This document shows, piece after piece, positions 37,277 through 47,756 of a stretch of 64,000 nt of DNA (the stretch's first letter is position 1; each line of letters opens with the position of its first letter). Origin of the DNA: an uncultured Alphaproteobacteria bacterium (lineage in GTDB: Bacteria; Pseudomonadota; Alphaproteobacteria; Paracaedibacterales; CAITNM01); NCBI GenBank assembly GCA_903893805.1, contig CAITNM010000026.1:2542-66541 (forward strand), in the 5' to 3' direction. The notes beneath the pieces are model-generated. The model had not been told where the DNA came from and searched no databases. It saw only the letters and a list, made by a program, of their open reading frames with translations. Both the position numbers and the translations under genes were made by a program.

Positions 37277-38326
37277 CTAATTCACAAGATTTTGCATGGA
37301 TTCAGCAACGGCAAATTCGCAATCTAAAAAAGTAGGTGTAAAGATGCCTCTTACTATATCATCACTAATATTATTGCTTTCGTATGTCCACTTAGGTTTT
37401 TTGTCTTTATCTATGATTTGAGCGCGAATGCCTTCTTGAAAATCAGGATTTTCTAAAAAATTTACTGCTATTACATAGTCAAGTTGAAGCGCTTTTTTTA
37501 AATCAAGGAAAATGGACATTTCAAGCAATTTATGAGTTACGCGCAGGCTCAACGGAGATCTTGCGCTCAATTCCTTAAGTGTTTTTTTAGCTTCTGGATG
37601 TTCGTGAATTTTTAAGGATTCAAAAATACTATTCAAGTTTTTTGAAAAAACATAATCAACCCATTCACTGCCAAATATAAGGTTATCAGGTGCAGGCTGG
37701 CTAAATTGCTTAATAACCTGATCAGTTTTTTTATTCACACACAAAGCACTTAAGAGCTCTGGTAGGGCAATTGATGGAATGAAATAGTCAGCCATATTCC
37801 ACTTTATCGCATGGGCAATTGCGATATTATTACCTGTAAGTCCATAAAAATTCGCCCAAGCTTTTGGAAACTGTGCAAACCGAAAGCTAGCAGCAACATC
37901 CGGGAAAAAACCAATAATTGTTTCGGGCATTCCTAAAACAGCATTTTCAGTTACGATACGGTATTGATTGTGCATGGAAATACCCATGCCGCCGCCAAAA
38001 CATAAGCCATTTACAAGGGAAATAATCGGTTTAGGGTAAGTAGCTAAGTCATATACAAGCTTATATTCTGCATTGAAAAAATTAGGCCCGAGTTTTAAAT
38101 CGTTATTTTTCATGGCTTCATAGGCAGCGCGTATGTCACCGCCGGCACAAAAAGCTTTGGGGTGTTCTGATGTGATAATAATTTTTTCTACTTGGTTATT
38201 TGTGGAACATTCTAATAGAAATTGTGCGATTTTCTGAATAGTTTCTAGATTTGTAGCGTTATACTGTTGAGGACGATCTAGCACAACGACAGCTGCATTA
38301 CCTTGAAAACGGGTTAAAATCGTCAC
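37277..38326 (-). CDS. Enoyl-CoA hydratase family, 3-hydroxyisobutyryl-CoA hydrolase-like
   Basis: LDRPQQYNA, AFCAGGDIR, GGGMGIS, MPETIIGFFPDV, DFQEGIRAQIIDKD. Confidence 0.9.
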   Translation of the reverse strand: MTILTRFQGNAAVVVLDRPQQYNATNLETIQKIAQFLLECSTNNQVEKIIITSEHPKAFCAGGDIRAAYEAMKNNDLKLGPNFFNAEYKLVYDLATYPKPIISLVNGLCFGGGMGISMHNQYRIVTENAVLGMPETIIGFFPDVAASFRFAQFPKAWANFYGLTGNNIAIAHAIKWNMADYFIPSIALPELLSALCVNKKTDQVIKQFSQPAPDNLIFGSEWVDYVFSKNLNSIFESLKIHEHPEAKKTLKELSARSPLSLRVTHKLLEMSIFLDLKKALQLDYVIAVNFLENPDFQEGIRAQIIDKDKKPKWTYESNNISDDIVRGIFTPTFLDCEFAVAESMQNLVN

Positions 38327-38341
38327 TCAAGCTCCTAAAAC

Positions 38342-38498
38342 AAAAGGTGCCGCCAGCGCCGTGGAGGGGATGATCCTCTCGTGGCTAAAATGCCAAGTGG
38401 GCGCCATATAACAAAGCCACGGCTCTGCCAGAGACAGCTCCCAAGGATGTAAATTGAGCCAAGGGATTAAACTCACACGAACGCTGCCGCACCAGGAG
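38342..38498 (-). ncRNA. ssrS: 6S RNA
   Basis: GC-rich closing stem ggtgcggcagcg / cgctggcggcacc; alphaproteobacterial 6S-like segments GGAGCTGTC, GGCGCCCAC, GGATC; about 150-160 nt; ends approximate. Confidence 0.7.
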
Positions 38499-38753
38499 AA
38501 TCTAGCATGAATAGCAGAATTTTCCCATATACTTAATATAAGCCATAACCGATTAAAAAGAGGTTAAAGTAATGTTCTTTCTTGCTCATTTTATTGACCA
38601 GGTATGGCCGTATGGCTATCAAGATAAATCCAACATTTGTAAATAGACATATTTAATTTTGTCAGAGTGTCCGTTAAAGAACCATGAATTTTCACTTTTT
38701 TTTGGTAAAGAATTAATGAATGCATATTTTGGTAGACTGTAAAGTTCTTTAAC

Positions 38754-39137
38754 TTAAAGATTTTTACAAAAAACGACATAAGCCAAAGCATAAGGTGGCT
38801 CATCACTTAAGCTTAAGTGTAGTAAGTAAGTACCTTCTGCTAATTTTTTTGCCATTTCATGAGCGGGCCCATGTAATCTAAATTCGGGGCGACCATGAGG
38901 ATTTTTCACAACTTCAATATCTTGCCATGAGATATCTGTGCTATTGCCAAGAGCTTTGACTAATGCTTCTTTTGCAGCAAATACTTTTGCAAATCCAGCA
39001 GTGGAATTTTTTCTTTTTTGTAAGCGTTCTCGTTCAGAAGCTGTAAAAACTCGTTTTAAAAATTGCTCACCCTGTGTTTCAATGAGCTTTCCTATGCGAC
39101 GAATATCGCAAATATCACAACCTATTCCTAAAATCAT
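38754..39137 (-). CDS. acpS: Holo-ACP synthase
   Basis: GIGCDICDIRRI, FAAKEALVKALG, HLSLSD. Confidence 0.95.
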   Translation of the reverse strand: MILGIGCDICDIRRIGKLIETQGEQFLKRVFTASERERLQKRKNSTAGFAKVFAAKEALVKALGNSTDISWQDIEVVKNPHGRPEFRLHGPAHEMAKKLAEGTYLLHLSLSDEPPYALAYVVFCKNL

Positions 39138-41296
39138 TGTCTGTCCACCTGACTAACAAGGTTTAAGGTGCGAAGGCTGGCCTGTATATTTTGCAGCTGA
39201 TCTTTATCATGCACCCCTATATCGGTAATAATTTCCCAAAAATCTATACTTCTGTTGATAATTTTTAAGTTATTAATATCCGCTCCACATTTACTAATAG
39301 CGCTTGTAATTGAAGCTAAGGCACCTTGCTTATTAATAAATATAATTTTTAAACGACCTACGAATAGATCTTCGTTATTGGCTTCATTCCAAGTTAGGTC
39401 TAAAAACCCATTTTCTGAGGGAATTAGAGCCAGCTGATGACAGTCGTTTGTATGAATTGTAACGCCTTTGCCAGTATTGACAACACCAATAATGTTATCG
39501 CCAAGTACTGGATGGCAACAGCCCGCATAGTGGATAGCCATACCAGGAATTAGGCCTTTGATAGGAATTTTTGCAAAATTTTCTGCAATTTTCTGAGGTT
39601 TAACTTTTATTACTTCTTCATCAACTGTCGGTATAGTTTGGGGTTTGAAATATTTAACGACCTCTTTGACGCTAAAAGTGCCTTCCCCAATACTAATTAA
39701 AATATCTTCAGCATTGTTATGCTGACCTTCTTTAATGTTTTGAGTTAAAACTTTTTCATCAAACCCATAGCCTTCTTTTTGTAAAGCTTTAACAAGAAGT
39801 GTTCTTCCTAATTCTAAGAACTGATCACGTTGTTTAGTGCGAATAAATTTACGAATCTGAGCTTTTGCTTTTCCTGTAATGACATATTTTTCCCAGCTAG
39901 GAGAGGGCTGTTGCTGTCTTGATGTAGCGATTTCAATTTGATCTCCGTTGTAAATTTCTGTGCGAAGTGGAACCTGTTTTCCATTGACTTTGGCACTTAC
40001 TGCTCTGTTACCGACTTCCCCGTGAATTGCATAGGCAAAGTCAAGTACACTGGCGCTTTTTGGCAGTGCAATAACCTCTCCTTTTGGAGTAAAGCAAAAT
40101 ACCTGATCTTGAAACATTTCAAGTTTGGTATGTTCTAGAAATTCATCTGGATTATCAGCATGTTCTAAAATTTCTAAAAGGTTTCTGACCCAGCTATACT
40201 GAGTTCCTTCATGAAAATTCACTGCTTCTCTATCTTTAATTTTTTGTTTGTAGTGCCAATGGGCTGCGACACCAAACTCACAAACTTCATGCATTTCTTG
40301 TGTGCGAATTTGGATTTCAATTTTTTGATTGTATGGGCCAATTAATGTTGTGTGTAATGATTGGTAACCATTAGCTTTTGGTGTGCTTATGTAATCTTTA
40401 AATCGCCCAGGTACCATAATATAAGAACTGTGAATAAGCCCAAGTGCCTGATAGCATTCTTGTAAATTAGTAACAATGATTCGAAAAGCCATTAGATCAG
40501 ATAATTGTTCAAATGTGATGTTACGCTTTTGAATTTTTTTCCAAATAGAGTAGGGAGTTTTTTCTCGTCCAAAAACCTGAACTTTTAGCGCGCCATTTTC
40601 TAAAACTTTTGTAATATCAGTATTGATATTTTCAATCAATTGTTGAGTTTGAGGCATGTTTGCTAGTTGTTCCATGACATTAGTGTGGTCATCGGGGTGC
40701 AAATGCTCAAAAGCATAATTTTGTAGTTCATCTTTAAATTTTGTAATGCCTATACGACTGGCTAGAGGAGCGTAAATTTCAAGAGTTTCTTGGGCAATTC
40801 GTTTGCGTCTTTCTGGGTCTTTAATAAAATAAAGGGTTCGCATGTTGTGAACGCGATCAGCGAGCTTAACTAAAAGCACGCGAAGGTCATTAGACATTGC
40901 TAGGAATAATTTTCGAAAATTTTCAGCCTGAGGTGTTGATGATGACTGTAGCTCAAGCTGTGAAAGCTTGGTGACTCCGTCAACTAGCTTCGCAATTTCA
41001 GAACCAAATAAGCTTTCGAGTTCTGCATAAGTTGTGAGTGTATCTTCAATAGTGTCATGAAGTAATGCGGTAATGATGTAATAATGATCTAACCGCATAT
41101 CTGCTAGTATGTTAGCTACTTCTAGGGGGTGGTAGAAATATGGATCGCCAGATTCGCGTAACTGTTGCCCATGCACTTTCATGCAAAAAACATAAGCTTT
41201 GTTAACTAAATCTTCGTCGGTATTGGGGTTGTATCGCTTAAGCTTTTCAACAAGCTCAAATTGACGAACTACCGGCTTGCGGGTAATTGCTTTCAC
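39134..41296 (-). CDS. spoT: Bifunctional (p)ppGpp synthetase/hydrolase
   Basis: HD domain ALLHDTIED, KLADRVHN, KANGYQSLHT, TGS and ACT domains. Confidence 0.96.
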   Translation of the reverse strand: MKAITRKPVVRQFELVEKLKRYNPNTDEDLVNKAYVFCMKVHGQQLRESGDPYFYHPLEVANILADMRLDHYYIITALLHDTIEDTLTTYAELESLFGSEIAKLVDGVTKLSQLELQSSSTPQAENFRKLFLAMSNDLRVLLVKLADRVHNMRTLYFIKDPERRKRIAQETLEIYAPLASRIGITKFKDELQNYAFEHLHPDDHTNVMEQLANMPQTQQLIENINTDITKVLENGALKVQVFGREKTPYSIWKKIQKRNITFEQLSDLMAFRIIVTNLQECYQALGLIHSSYIMVPGRFKDYISTPKANGYQSLHTTLIGPYNQKIEIQIRTQEMHEVCEFGVAAHWHYKQKIKDREAVNFHEGTQYSWVRNLLEILEHADNPDEFLEHTKLEMFQDQVFCFTPKGEVIALPKSASVLDFAYAIHGEVGNRAVSAKVNGKQVPLRTEIYNGDQIEIATSRQQQPSPSWEKYVITGKAKAQIRKFIRTKQRDQFLELGRTLLVKALQKEGYGFDEKVLTQNIKEGQHNNAEDILISIGEGTFSVKEVVKYFKPQTIPTVDEEVIKVKPQKIAENFAKIPIKGLIPGMAIHYAGCCHPVLGDNIIGVVNTGKGVTIHTNDCHQLALIPSENGFLDLTWNEANNEDLFVGRLKIIFINKQGALASITSAISKCGADINNLKIINRSIDFWEIITDIGVHDKDQLQNIQASLRTLNLVSQVDRQ

Positions 41297-41342
41297 ACCA
41301 ATACTCTCAGAATGTTATTCTTACATTCTAACCAGTTTTTGA

Positions 41343-41705
41343 TTAATCTTCGAGAGCTTCGTCGTCGCTATCTTCAACGTCTTTAATTTTTGGAGTAGGT
41401 TCGTCTTTATGCCATTGGCTAGCATCTTGCATGACTTCAAGCAAATCGCCATCAATTTCCACGTCTAACTCATCAGTAAGCACCGCTCGTTGCAAGGCTT
41501 TGATGATACCTTCTTCAATATTTTTAAGGTTTAGATTGTTCTCTGCGATCTCACGAAGAGCAATGACAGGATTTTTATCATTATCACGCGCAACAGTTAT
41601 ACTTGCTCCTGCTGAAATTTCTCGTGCTCTCTTCGCTGCGTAAGCAACTAGTTCGAACCTATTAGGAACCTTTTCGATACAATCTTCAACGGTAACTCGA
41701 GCCAT
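41343..41705 (-). CDS. rpoZ: RNA polymerase omega subunit
   Basis: [20 protein letters not shown]...[11 protein letters not shown]. Confidence 0.96.
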   Translation of the reverse strand: MARVTVEDCIEKVPNRFELVAYAAKRAREISAGASITVARDNDKNPVIALREIAENNLNLKNIEEGIIKALQRAVLTDELDVEIDGDLLEVMQDASQWHKDEPTPKIKDVEDSDDEALED

Positions 41706-41792
41706 AAAACCTCCTGATAACTGATCCACATGATAAGTGAAATTCGAAGGTTATGCAAGGATTAGTAATTGTGCAATCGTTTAAGAGGAACC

Positions 41793-42875
41793 CTAATTCA
41801 GCAGATCCTGATGATCATATTCATCATCTAGGTCATCTAATTGTTCATTAATAATTTTTTGAAGCTTCTTGGAAATAATTGTTGTTTCGTTTGCATCTTC
41901 ATCCGGGTTAGTTTTATATAGGAGGTCGTCCATATCCTCCTCAATTTCTTCGTTGTCGTAAGGTGAAGTTTTTTGCTTCTTGGATTGTCGTGCATCGACT
42001 TTGTTGTGTTTACGTTTTTTTGGATTTTCTGCTATAGGCTCATCTTCATCAGCGTCCTGAATATCATCATCTATATCAATATGGTGGGCTTTTGTGGCAA
42101 CTTTTTTTTGGGGAATTACACGAGCAATCTGACGTGGCACAAATGGACCTGCTGTTTTTAACATATCTTCCGCAACACTGGGGGTTAGAATCCCATTGTT
42201 TAATTTGTCATTAGGTATTAATTGACCAGATATGTTTGTAAAGGCCGGTGAAAAATTTATGGCAGCGCCATCTTTTCTTGGTAAATCCTTAACTAGAGAC
42301 AAGCTTAGCTCGCTAATTAAATCTACATCGCCTCTTGGCAAATAATGCTCTAAATGCTCTACGCTAAAAATATTTAGAGCAAACATCTTTACGTATAAAA
42401 AGGGGTCGTTTGCTACAAGGTAGTTTTTAATTTTCTGAACATTTTTCGATGAATCTGCTTCGATATCTTTTAAAAATTTCTCAAGATCTTCTTCTCGATC
42501 CTTTATTTTTTCGCGAGAAGCAGATATTTCAAGCCATTTGTTCTGATTTTTAAAAAAGAAGTCAGCATTTCTGAGCACATTATCTGGACCTTGACTCAAG
42601 ATTAAGATTGAGACCGGCTTGTCCAACAAATAAAGGTGAGGGAAAAAATGTAAATCCAAACAAAAACCAGGCATTGCCATAATTTTGGGGATGTCGTGAG
42701 CAAAATATTCAGCGCAATGAGTGCAGCTTGGTGAAATCCATGCTGCAACATGAACCGAGCACCCTTGTTGAGCATTTAAGGTAATATACGTCCTCGGTAG
42801 CTGTTGCATTTTATTGACAGCCATACCGCCCCAAAGAACCGGGGATAAAATCATAATTAAGACAATAAATCGCAT
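41793..42875 (-). CDS. DsbA/thioredoxin-like exported protein with an acidic/basic C-terminal tail
   Basis: Signal-like N-terminus; ISPSCTHCAEY (CxxC); FSPAF cis-Pro-like loop. Confidence 0.6.
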   Translation of the reverse strand: MRFIVLIMILSPVLWGGMAVNKMQQLPRTYITLNAQQGCSVHVAAWISPSCTHCAEYFAHDIPKIMAMPGFCLDLHFFPHLYLLDKPVSILILSQGPDNVLRNADFFFKNQNKWLEISASREKIKDREEDLEKFLKDIEADSSKNVQKIKNYLVANDPFLYVKMFALNIFSVEHLEHYLPRGDVDLISELSLSLVKDLPRKDGAAINFSPAFTNISGQLIPNDKLNNGILTPSVAEDMLKTAGPFVPRQIARVIPQKKVATKAHHIDIDDDIQDADEDEPIAENPKKRKHNKVDARQSKKQKTSPYDNEEIEEDMDDLLYKTNPDEDANETTIISKKLQKIINEQLDDLDDEYDHQDLLN

Positions 42876-42939
42876 TTAAATAAAAATTACGTTAAAAACT
42901 TTTATATTTTGAGGTTATCATATAAAAATTAACGAAGAA

Positions 42940-44061
42940 TTGATACTCGAAAATCTTATGAATGCAATACTTCAGGTCTTGCCAGCCTTTCATGCGGGAG
43001 GTGTTGAGCAAACAACCTTGCTCGTGGCTAATGCTCTAGCTGAGCAAGGTCTTGGAAGCTTTATTGCAAGTGCAGGAGGAATACTGACAAAAAAGCTACA
43101 TCCAGATGTTGTGCATATTTGTTTGCCCTTGAATACTAAAAATCCTTATTTAATATTTTCTAATGTAAAAAAAATAAAAAAAATTATTGCAGATCATCAT
43201 ATCAATATTGTTCATGCAAGATCACGTGCTCCTGCTTGGAGTGCATACTTTGCGGCAAAATCCATGAATGTTTCTTTTTTAACAACCTACCACGGAGCTT
43301 ATAGTCAAAATTTTCTAAAGTGGTGTTATAACAGGGTTATGGCCCTGGGATCTGCTGTTATCGTGACATCTCGGTATATGAAAAATCATGTTAAAAAGTA
43401 TTACCCAAATTCCAACTGCATTCAAATTCCATCCGGTATTAATACAAAATTCTTTTCCTCTGAATTGGACATGCCACAAATAAAGGCGCTTCAGTCTCAA
43501 TGGAACGTTAACGATGATGTTAAAATCGTTCTTCTAGTTGGACGATTTACTCATATCAAAGGGCATCATATTTTACTTGAAGCAACAAATCGAAGCACTT
43601 TTAAAAACCAGATGATTGTTGTCTTTGTTGGTGATAGCAAAAATCCTCAGCTTGTTAACAAGCTTAAAAGCCAAGCTGCAGCGCTTTCACTTAAATTGCA
43701 TGTTCATTTAGATGAAAAAGATCTTCGTCCATTTTTAAATCTGGCAAATGTAGTTGTAGTGCCAACAATAAAGCCCGAAGCTTTTGGTAGGGTTACAGTT
43801 GAAGCTATGAGCATGGGGAAAACCGTTATTGTGAATGATCTTGGGGCATCAAGTGAGGTTCTAAATAATCCTGACTGGGTGTTTAGTTATAATAATCTGG
43901 AAAGCCTGACTCAAAAAATTGACAATGCGTTAAGCTTGAATCCGAAGCAAGCACAAGAAATAGGCGCAGCAAACAGGCTACGTGCTTCTTCATTGTATGA
44001 TATTGAAACACTGATAGAAGGACACATCCAAGTTTACAAGAGCTTTCTTAAAGCTGGATAG
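42940..44061 (+). CDS. Glycosyltransferase family 4
   Basis: GGVEQ, VHARSRAPAW, TYHG, EAFGRVTVEAMSMG. Confidence 0.9.
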   Translation: MILENLMNAILQVLPAFHAGGVEQTTLLVANALAEQGLGSFIASAGGILTKKLHPDVVHICLPLNTKNPYLIFSNVKKIKKIIADHHINIVHARSRAPAWSAYFAAKSMNVSFLTTYHGAYSQNFLKWCYNRVMALGSAVIVTSRYMKNHVKKYYPNSNCIQIPSGINTKFFSSELDMPQIKALQSQWNVNDDVKIVLLVGRFTHIKGHHILLEATNRSTFKNQMIVVFVGDSKNPQLVNKLKSQAAALSLKLHVHLDEKDLRPFLNLANVVVVPTIKPEAFGRVTVEAMSMGKTVIVNDLGASSEVLNNPDWVFSYNNLESLTQKIDNALSLNPKQAQEIGAANRLRASSLYDIETLIEGHIQVYKSFLKAG

Positions 44062-44539
44062 CTTTTGGCTTTTGCCGGGCATCTCCGTCAATAATACGAT
44101 GCCCGACTGTCAAAAGACTTTGGTTTGCCCTAAGCTTTATGGGTTTTCTCGTCATATCTTTATGCTGAAATTCAATATGGTCACTGGTAACTTTTGTAAA
44201 CTTTAATGCGTCATCTTCTAAGTCATCGGCTGTATAAGTTTTATCATTAATCCAAACAGTCCAGTGAGTAGGGGTAAAGTACAAGATAGCGCTTAGAAAT
44301 AGAACATCTTCCATTGCTGATGTGTTAAAATTTGGAATCTCTGGGACGTCAAGAAGGAGACCAATTTCGTCAACTGGGGCAATGCTATCTAGAATACTTA
44401 CCTCATCGGATGACATCATTAAAGAAGCGCTAAGTGAAGATATTACCCAATAAAACACAGTCAGCCCAAGCCTTTTTGAGTATCTAGAACGCTGAGCTTG
44501 GTTCAGTATGGCGGCATTGTTAGGGAGAAAATCTGACAA
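44048..44539 (-). CDS. PilP/GspC-like membrane-anchored protein
   Basis: N-terminal TM helix; LSAILYFTPTHWTVWIND beta-rich domain; last gene of the cluster. Confidence 0.45.
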   Translation of the reverse strand: MSDFLPNNAAILNQAQRSRYSKRLGLTVFYWVISSLSASLMMSSDEVSILDSIAPVDEIGLLLDVPEIPNFNTSAMEDVLFLSAILYFTPTHWTVWINDKTYTADDLEDDALKFTKVTSDHIEFQHKDMTRKPIKLRANQSLLTVGHRIIDGDARQKPKAIQL

Positions 44540-44545
44540 GTTGCA

Positions 44546-45217
44546 CTACTTACTTATTGCGGCGAGTTTTTCGCAAAACTGGACATATTCTACCTCGAGT
44601 TCAATAGTCCCTTCGAAAAGACTAACTTTTTCTCCTTCACTAACTTTTTGGGCAAGCTGAGGATTTAATTCACGTGCTCGTTTTAGCTCAAATTTTTTGA
44701 TTTTTACTATGCCTGGAAGCTCAGTTTCAAGTTTTTGCAAAAAGCTGAAAAAACTTTGGTCACGCAGAACTTGTACATTTAAAGAAATGTCTGCCTTATT
44801 AATATTTTTAGAGTCTGGCAATGGCTTAGGGTGGATAAATAAAAACTCTACATTGGCCTGTTTTTGTAATGTGTAAAGTGCTTGATTAAATCGATCTTGT
44901 GTTAATGGCAATATCCATTTTTTTCTTTTAAATGTTCCAAACTTTTGAGCTTCTTGTTGACTAAGTTTTTCATAAGCTTCAACCGCTTCAATTTGAGTCA
45001 CTAATGAAGTCATTTTTGAGGTGGTTAATGCAATTTCTTCTTGTGTTGAGTTGTAATGAGACACAGTTGTTACAAGAATAAAAAAACAAAACCCCACCAA
45101 AAATATCAGAGATCCAATAATTCCACCAGTTTCGGGCTTATTCCATAATTGCCAATTAATTATCATGCTGACCTGCCTGCTGTTGAATAAGAAGAATTGT
45201 CTCATTGCCATGCTCAT
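44546..45217 (-). CDS. PilO/GspM-like protein
   Basis: TM helix, coiled coil, ferredoxin-like C-terminus (FLQKLETELPGIVKIKKFEL). Confidence 0.5.
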   Translation of the reverse strand: MSMAMRQFFLFNSRQVSMIINWQLWNKPETGGIIGSLIFLVGFCFFILVTTVSHYNSTQEEIALTTSKMTSLVTQIEAVEAYEKLSQQEAQKFGTFKRKKWILPLTQDRFNQALYTLQKQANVEFLFIHPKPLPDSKNINKADISLNVQVLRDQSFFSFLQKLETELPGIVKIKKFELKRARELNPQLAQKVSEGEKVSLFEGTIELEVEYVQFCEKLAAISK

Positions 45218-46607
45218 CCCAAGAAAGGGTTACATCTCCCAAAATCCGTTCATAGTTAAGGTTGATATATTTTTTAAGATCATGATTTTTCTTTGCAGCC
45301 GAAGAGATTTTCAATCGTAGCTCTGTGCCACGTTCCGTCTGGTTCCATGTCATATCTAACACTTGCATTCTGCCTTTAAGTAGTCTATTCACGCCATTAA
45401 TAGTGACCGAGGGATTCTTATTATTGCTGCTTATGTAATTCATAAAGAGATTGCTAAGGTGTATCTGTTCAGCGAAATTTCCCGAAGTCCTTTTGTGAAT
45501 TTTCTCATATTTTATTCTCAACCATTTATTCTCATAATCTTGAAAAAATGATTTTATTTGAACAGTAGCCCAAAGAATTAACAGCAGCATACTAATAGGG
45601 ATTAAAAATTTGATAGCTAACCGTGGTATATCGTGCGCTAATTTTGCCTGACTTAACATTTTTGGGACAAAATTTAAAAATGGCTTTACTGGTCTATATG
45701 CTTCCTTTTCCAAAAGCTTTTTAGAAACTGGAATAAGTTCAAGTTCTGCATTGGAAAATTCGATAGTAGCAGCACTGCTTTCTGGCATCAAAATTGATAC
45801 GGCTTGACCATCTTTATAGCCTTGTCTTTGCAAAAATCTCAAAGTAGAACGTAATTCTTTTTCTAAATCACTGGTGCTTTTGGTAAAGATAACTCGTTGC
45901 AATAAGATTTTATCTTGGTGTATTACTAAAATTGTAGATGCATTACTATCAATGGGTATTAAGGTTGCTACCCACGCTCGCAAAGGACGAATAATACTAG
46001 CCTGTTTTTTCATGGCTAAACTTTGCTCAATATCCCATGAAAGCACCCCACCAATAGGGCTTCTAATCGACGCTAGAGCTTTGAATATTTGTTTTAGCTG
46101 ATCATTGCTTCTTATTGATACCAAGATATCAACCTTTTCCGGATGCTGTTTGGGTTGATAATGGTTAACTAAGTCCTCGGTGCTAAATTCATTTGTCTTT
46201 ATTTGGTTAAAAAGAAAATATCGGTCCCATATTCGTATTTGATTTGTAGGCAGGCTGCGAAATTCACAATCTTGACCCTGTACAATAAGGTAAATTGGCA
46301 AATTTCCATGCTGAGAAACATATTCTCTCCAATCATAGTGAGCAACAGAAATATTTTGAGTGTGAACCAATAAACTATTTTTAAAATGAAAAAGGGTAAA
46401 TGCGCCTTGAGATTCGTATATATTTATGTAATCTCTGGGATAACTTTTCCAATTAACAATACGATTCCAAATGGATTTAAAGTAAAACCGTACTTCATCC
46501 AAAGTATTTTTTTTGTTATAGATATCAACCTGAATTTTAGGTGATGTTTCGATATTTTTAATCCATTCTGGCAATTTGATAATAGAGCGGTACGACAATG
46601 GCAACAA
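45156..46607 (-). CDS. PilM/PilN (GspL)-like protein
   Basis: Cytoplasmic domain, single TM near the C-terminus, periplasmic tail; start uncertain. Confidence 0.5.
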   Translation of the reverse strand: MLPLSYRSIIKLPEWIKNIETSPKIQVDIYNKKNTLDEVRFYFKSIWNRIVNWKSYPRDYINIYESQGAFTLFHFKNSLLVHTQNISVAHYDWREYVSQHGNLPIYLIVQGQDCEFRSLPTNQIRIWDRYFLFNQIKTNEFSTEDLVNHYQPKQHPEKVDILVSIRSNDQLKQIFKALASIRSPIGGVLSWDIEQSLAMKKQASIIRPLRAWVATLIPIDSNASTILVIHQDKILLQRVIFTKSTSDLEKELRSTLRFLQRQGYKDGQAVSILMPESSAATIEFSNAELELIPVSKKLLEKEAYRPVKPFLNFVPKMLSQAKLAHDIPRLAIKFLIPISMLLLILWATVQIKSFFQDYENKWLRIKYEKIHKRTSGNFAEQIHLSNLFMNYISSNNKNPSVTINGVNRLLKGRMQVLDMTWNQTERGTELRLKISSAAKKNHDLKKYINLNYERILGDVTLSWDEHGNETILLIQQQAGQHDN

Positions 46608-47748
46608 CCATCCATATCATTACTATACCCATGATAGATATCAAAATTGGCCCCGTCCAGGCTAATATTTTTTTGAGTTTTTGTTGGCAATGATTTTTTA
46701 AAGTCTGTGCACAAATATCACTGTAAACAGCTATTTGAGCGGTCTTTTCGCCAGTCAATAATAGATCGGCTAAGGGTTTGGAAAGATTTAAAAAACTTGC
46801 CAGAGAGGTGCTGACCTTTCCTTCTTGCTTTATTGTCTGTTCGATTAGGTACGCTTGTTTTTTTAAATACACGTTTTGCAATATGTCTGCGCTATAGTTT
46901 GCTGCTTGAACCACGTGATGTCCTCGTTGCAATAAAGTTGAAAAACTTTTTAAATAAAAACTTTGCAATGTTTCAAGATAAATTGATCCAAATATTGGCC
47001 ACTTAATGGAAAGCCAAGAGAAAGCGTACTTTAGCTTTGTAGTCTTTGAGGCTAAGTAAAAACTTACAAATAATGCAAGCACTAGCGGCACATTAGTAAA
47101 TGTTTTGAGAATGCTTTTTAAAATTTCAGCAAAATGAATAAATAGTGTTGTTGCTAAATGTTGTTCAAAATTATTACTTTTAAAAAACTCCAAAGCCACT
47201 GGAAAAAGAAATTCACTAAAACCTATAACCATTCCAAAAATAATAATGGCCAAAACAAGAGGGTATTGCAGGCTTGTGCGCAATTGTCTGAAAAACTCAG
47301 TCTCTTCTTGTCTAAGCAAAGCGTAGTCTTCAAAGGCTTGTGCATATTGTCCAGTGGCTTCAGAAACATTTAAAAGGCCAATAAATAGCTTAGGAAAAAT
47401 TTGATGTTCTGATAAAATTTGCGAAAGTGTTGATCCTGCATATAGTTCTTCAAGTAAAACATCAATAAACTGTTTTTGTGTTTGATTTAGTCGAAGCTTG
47501 CTGGCTTGCAAACTTTCTAATAATGACAATCCTTGCTTTAGAAAAAACCCCACATCTTTTGCCCATTCAATGGTCCAAGTATTTGAACGGTTATTACGTA
47601 GCCAAGAAAAACGTTGAGGTTGTAAATAAATAGGCTGAAGACGTTTTAGCTGCAAACTGTGTAAAGCATGATCTCGGCTACTAGCAGGGATAGTCCCTCG
47701 AATTTTTTGCTCATGCGTATTCAGGGCTTGAAATTGATAAGTGCGCAT
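46558..47748 (-). CDS. T2SS GspF / T4P PilC inner-membrane platform protein
   Basis: YQFQALN...RGTIPA, GLSLLESL, SEATG, LQYP, GEKT, two T2SSF repeats. Confidence 0.85.
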   Translation of the reverse strand: MRTYQFQALNTHEQKIRGTIPASSRDHALHSLQLKRLQPIYLQPQRFSWLRNNRSNTWTIEWAKDVGFFLKQGLSLLESLQASKLRLNQTQKQFIDVLLEELYAGSTLSQILSEHQIFPKLFIGLLNVSEATGQYAQAFEDYALLRQEETEFFRQLRTSLQYPLVLAIIIFGMVIGFSEFLFPVALEFFKSNNFEQHLATTLFIHFAEILKSILKTFTNVPLVLALFVSFYLASKTTKLKYAFSWLSIKWPIFGSIYLETLQSFYLKSFSTLLQRGHHVVQAANYSADILQNVYLKKQAYLIEQTIKQEGKVSTSLASFLNLSKPLADLLLTGEKTAQIAVYSDICAQTLKNHCQQKLKKILAWTGPILISIMGIVMIWMVVAIVVPLYYQIARMD

Positions 47749-47756
47749 AAGCTAGT

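Noticed and set aside
38553-38567. TTAA-N7-TTAA CtrA-like box upstream of 6S RNA
   Set aside because: Expected by chance in AT-rich DNA; no supporting evidence.
38591-38806. 71-aa ORF after acpS
   Set aside because: Overlaps acpS, no SD or recognisable motif.
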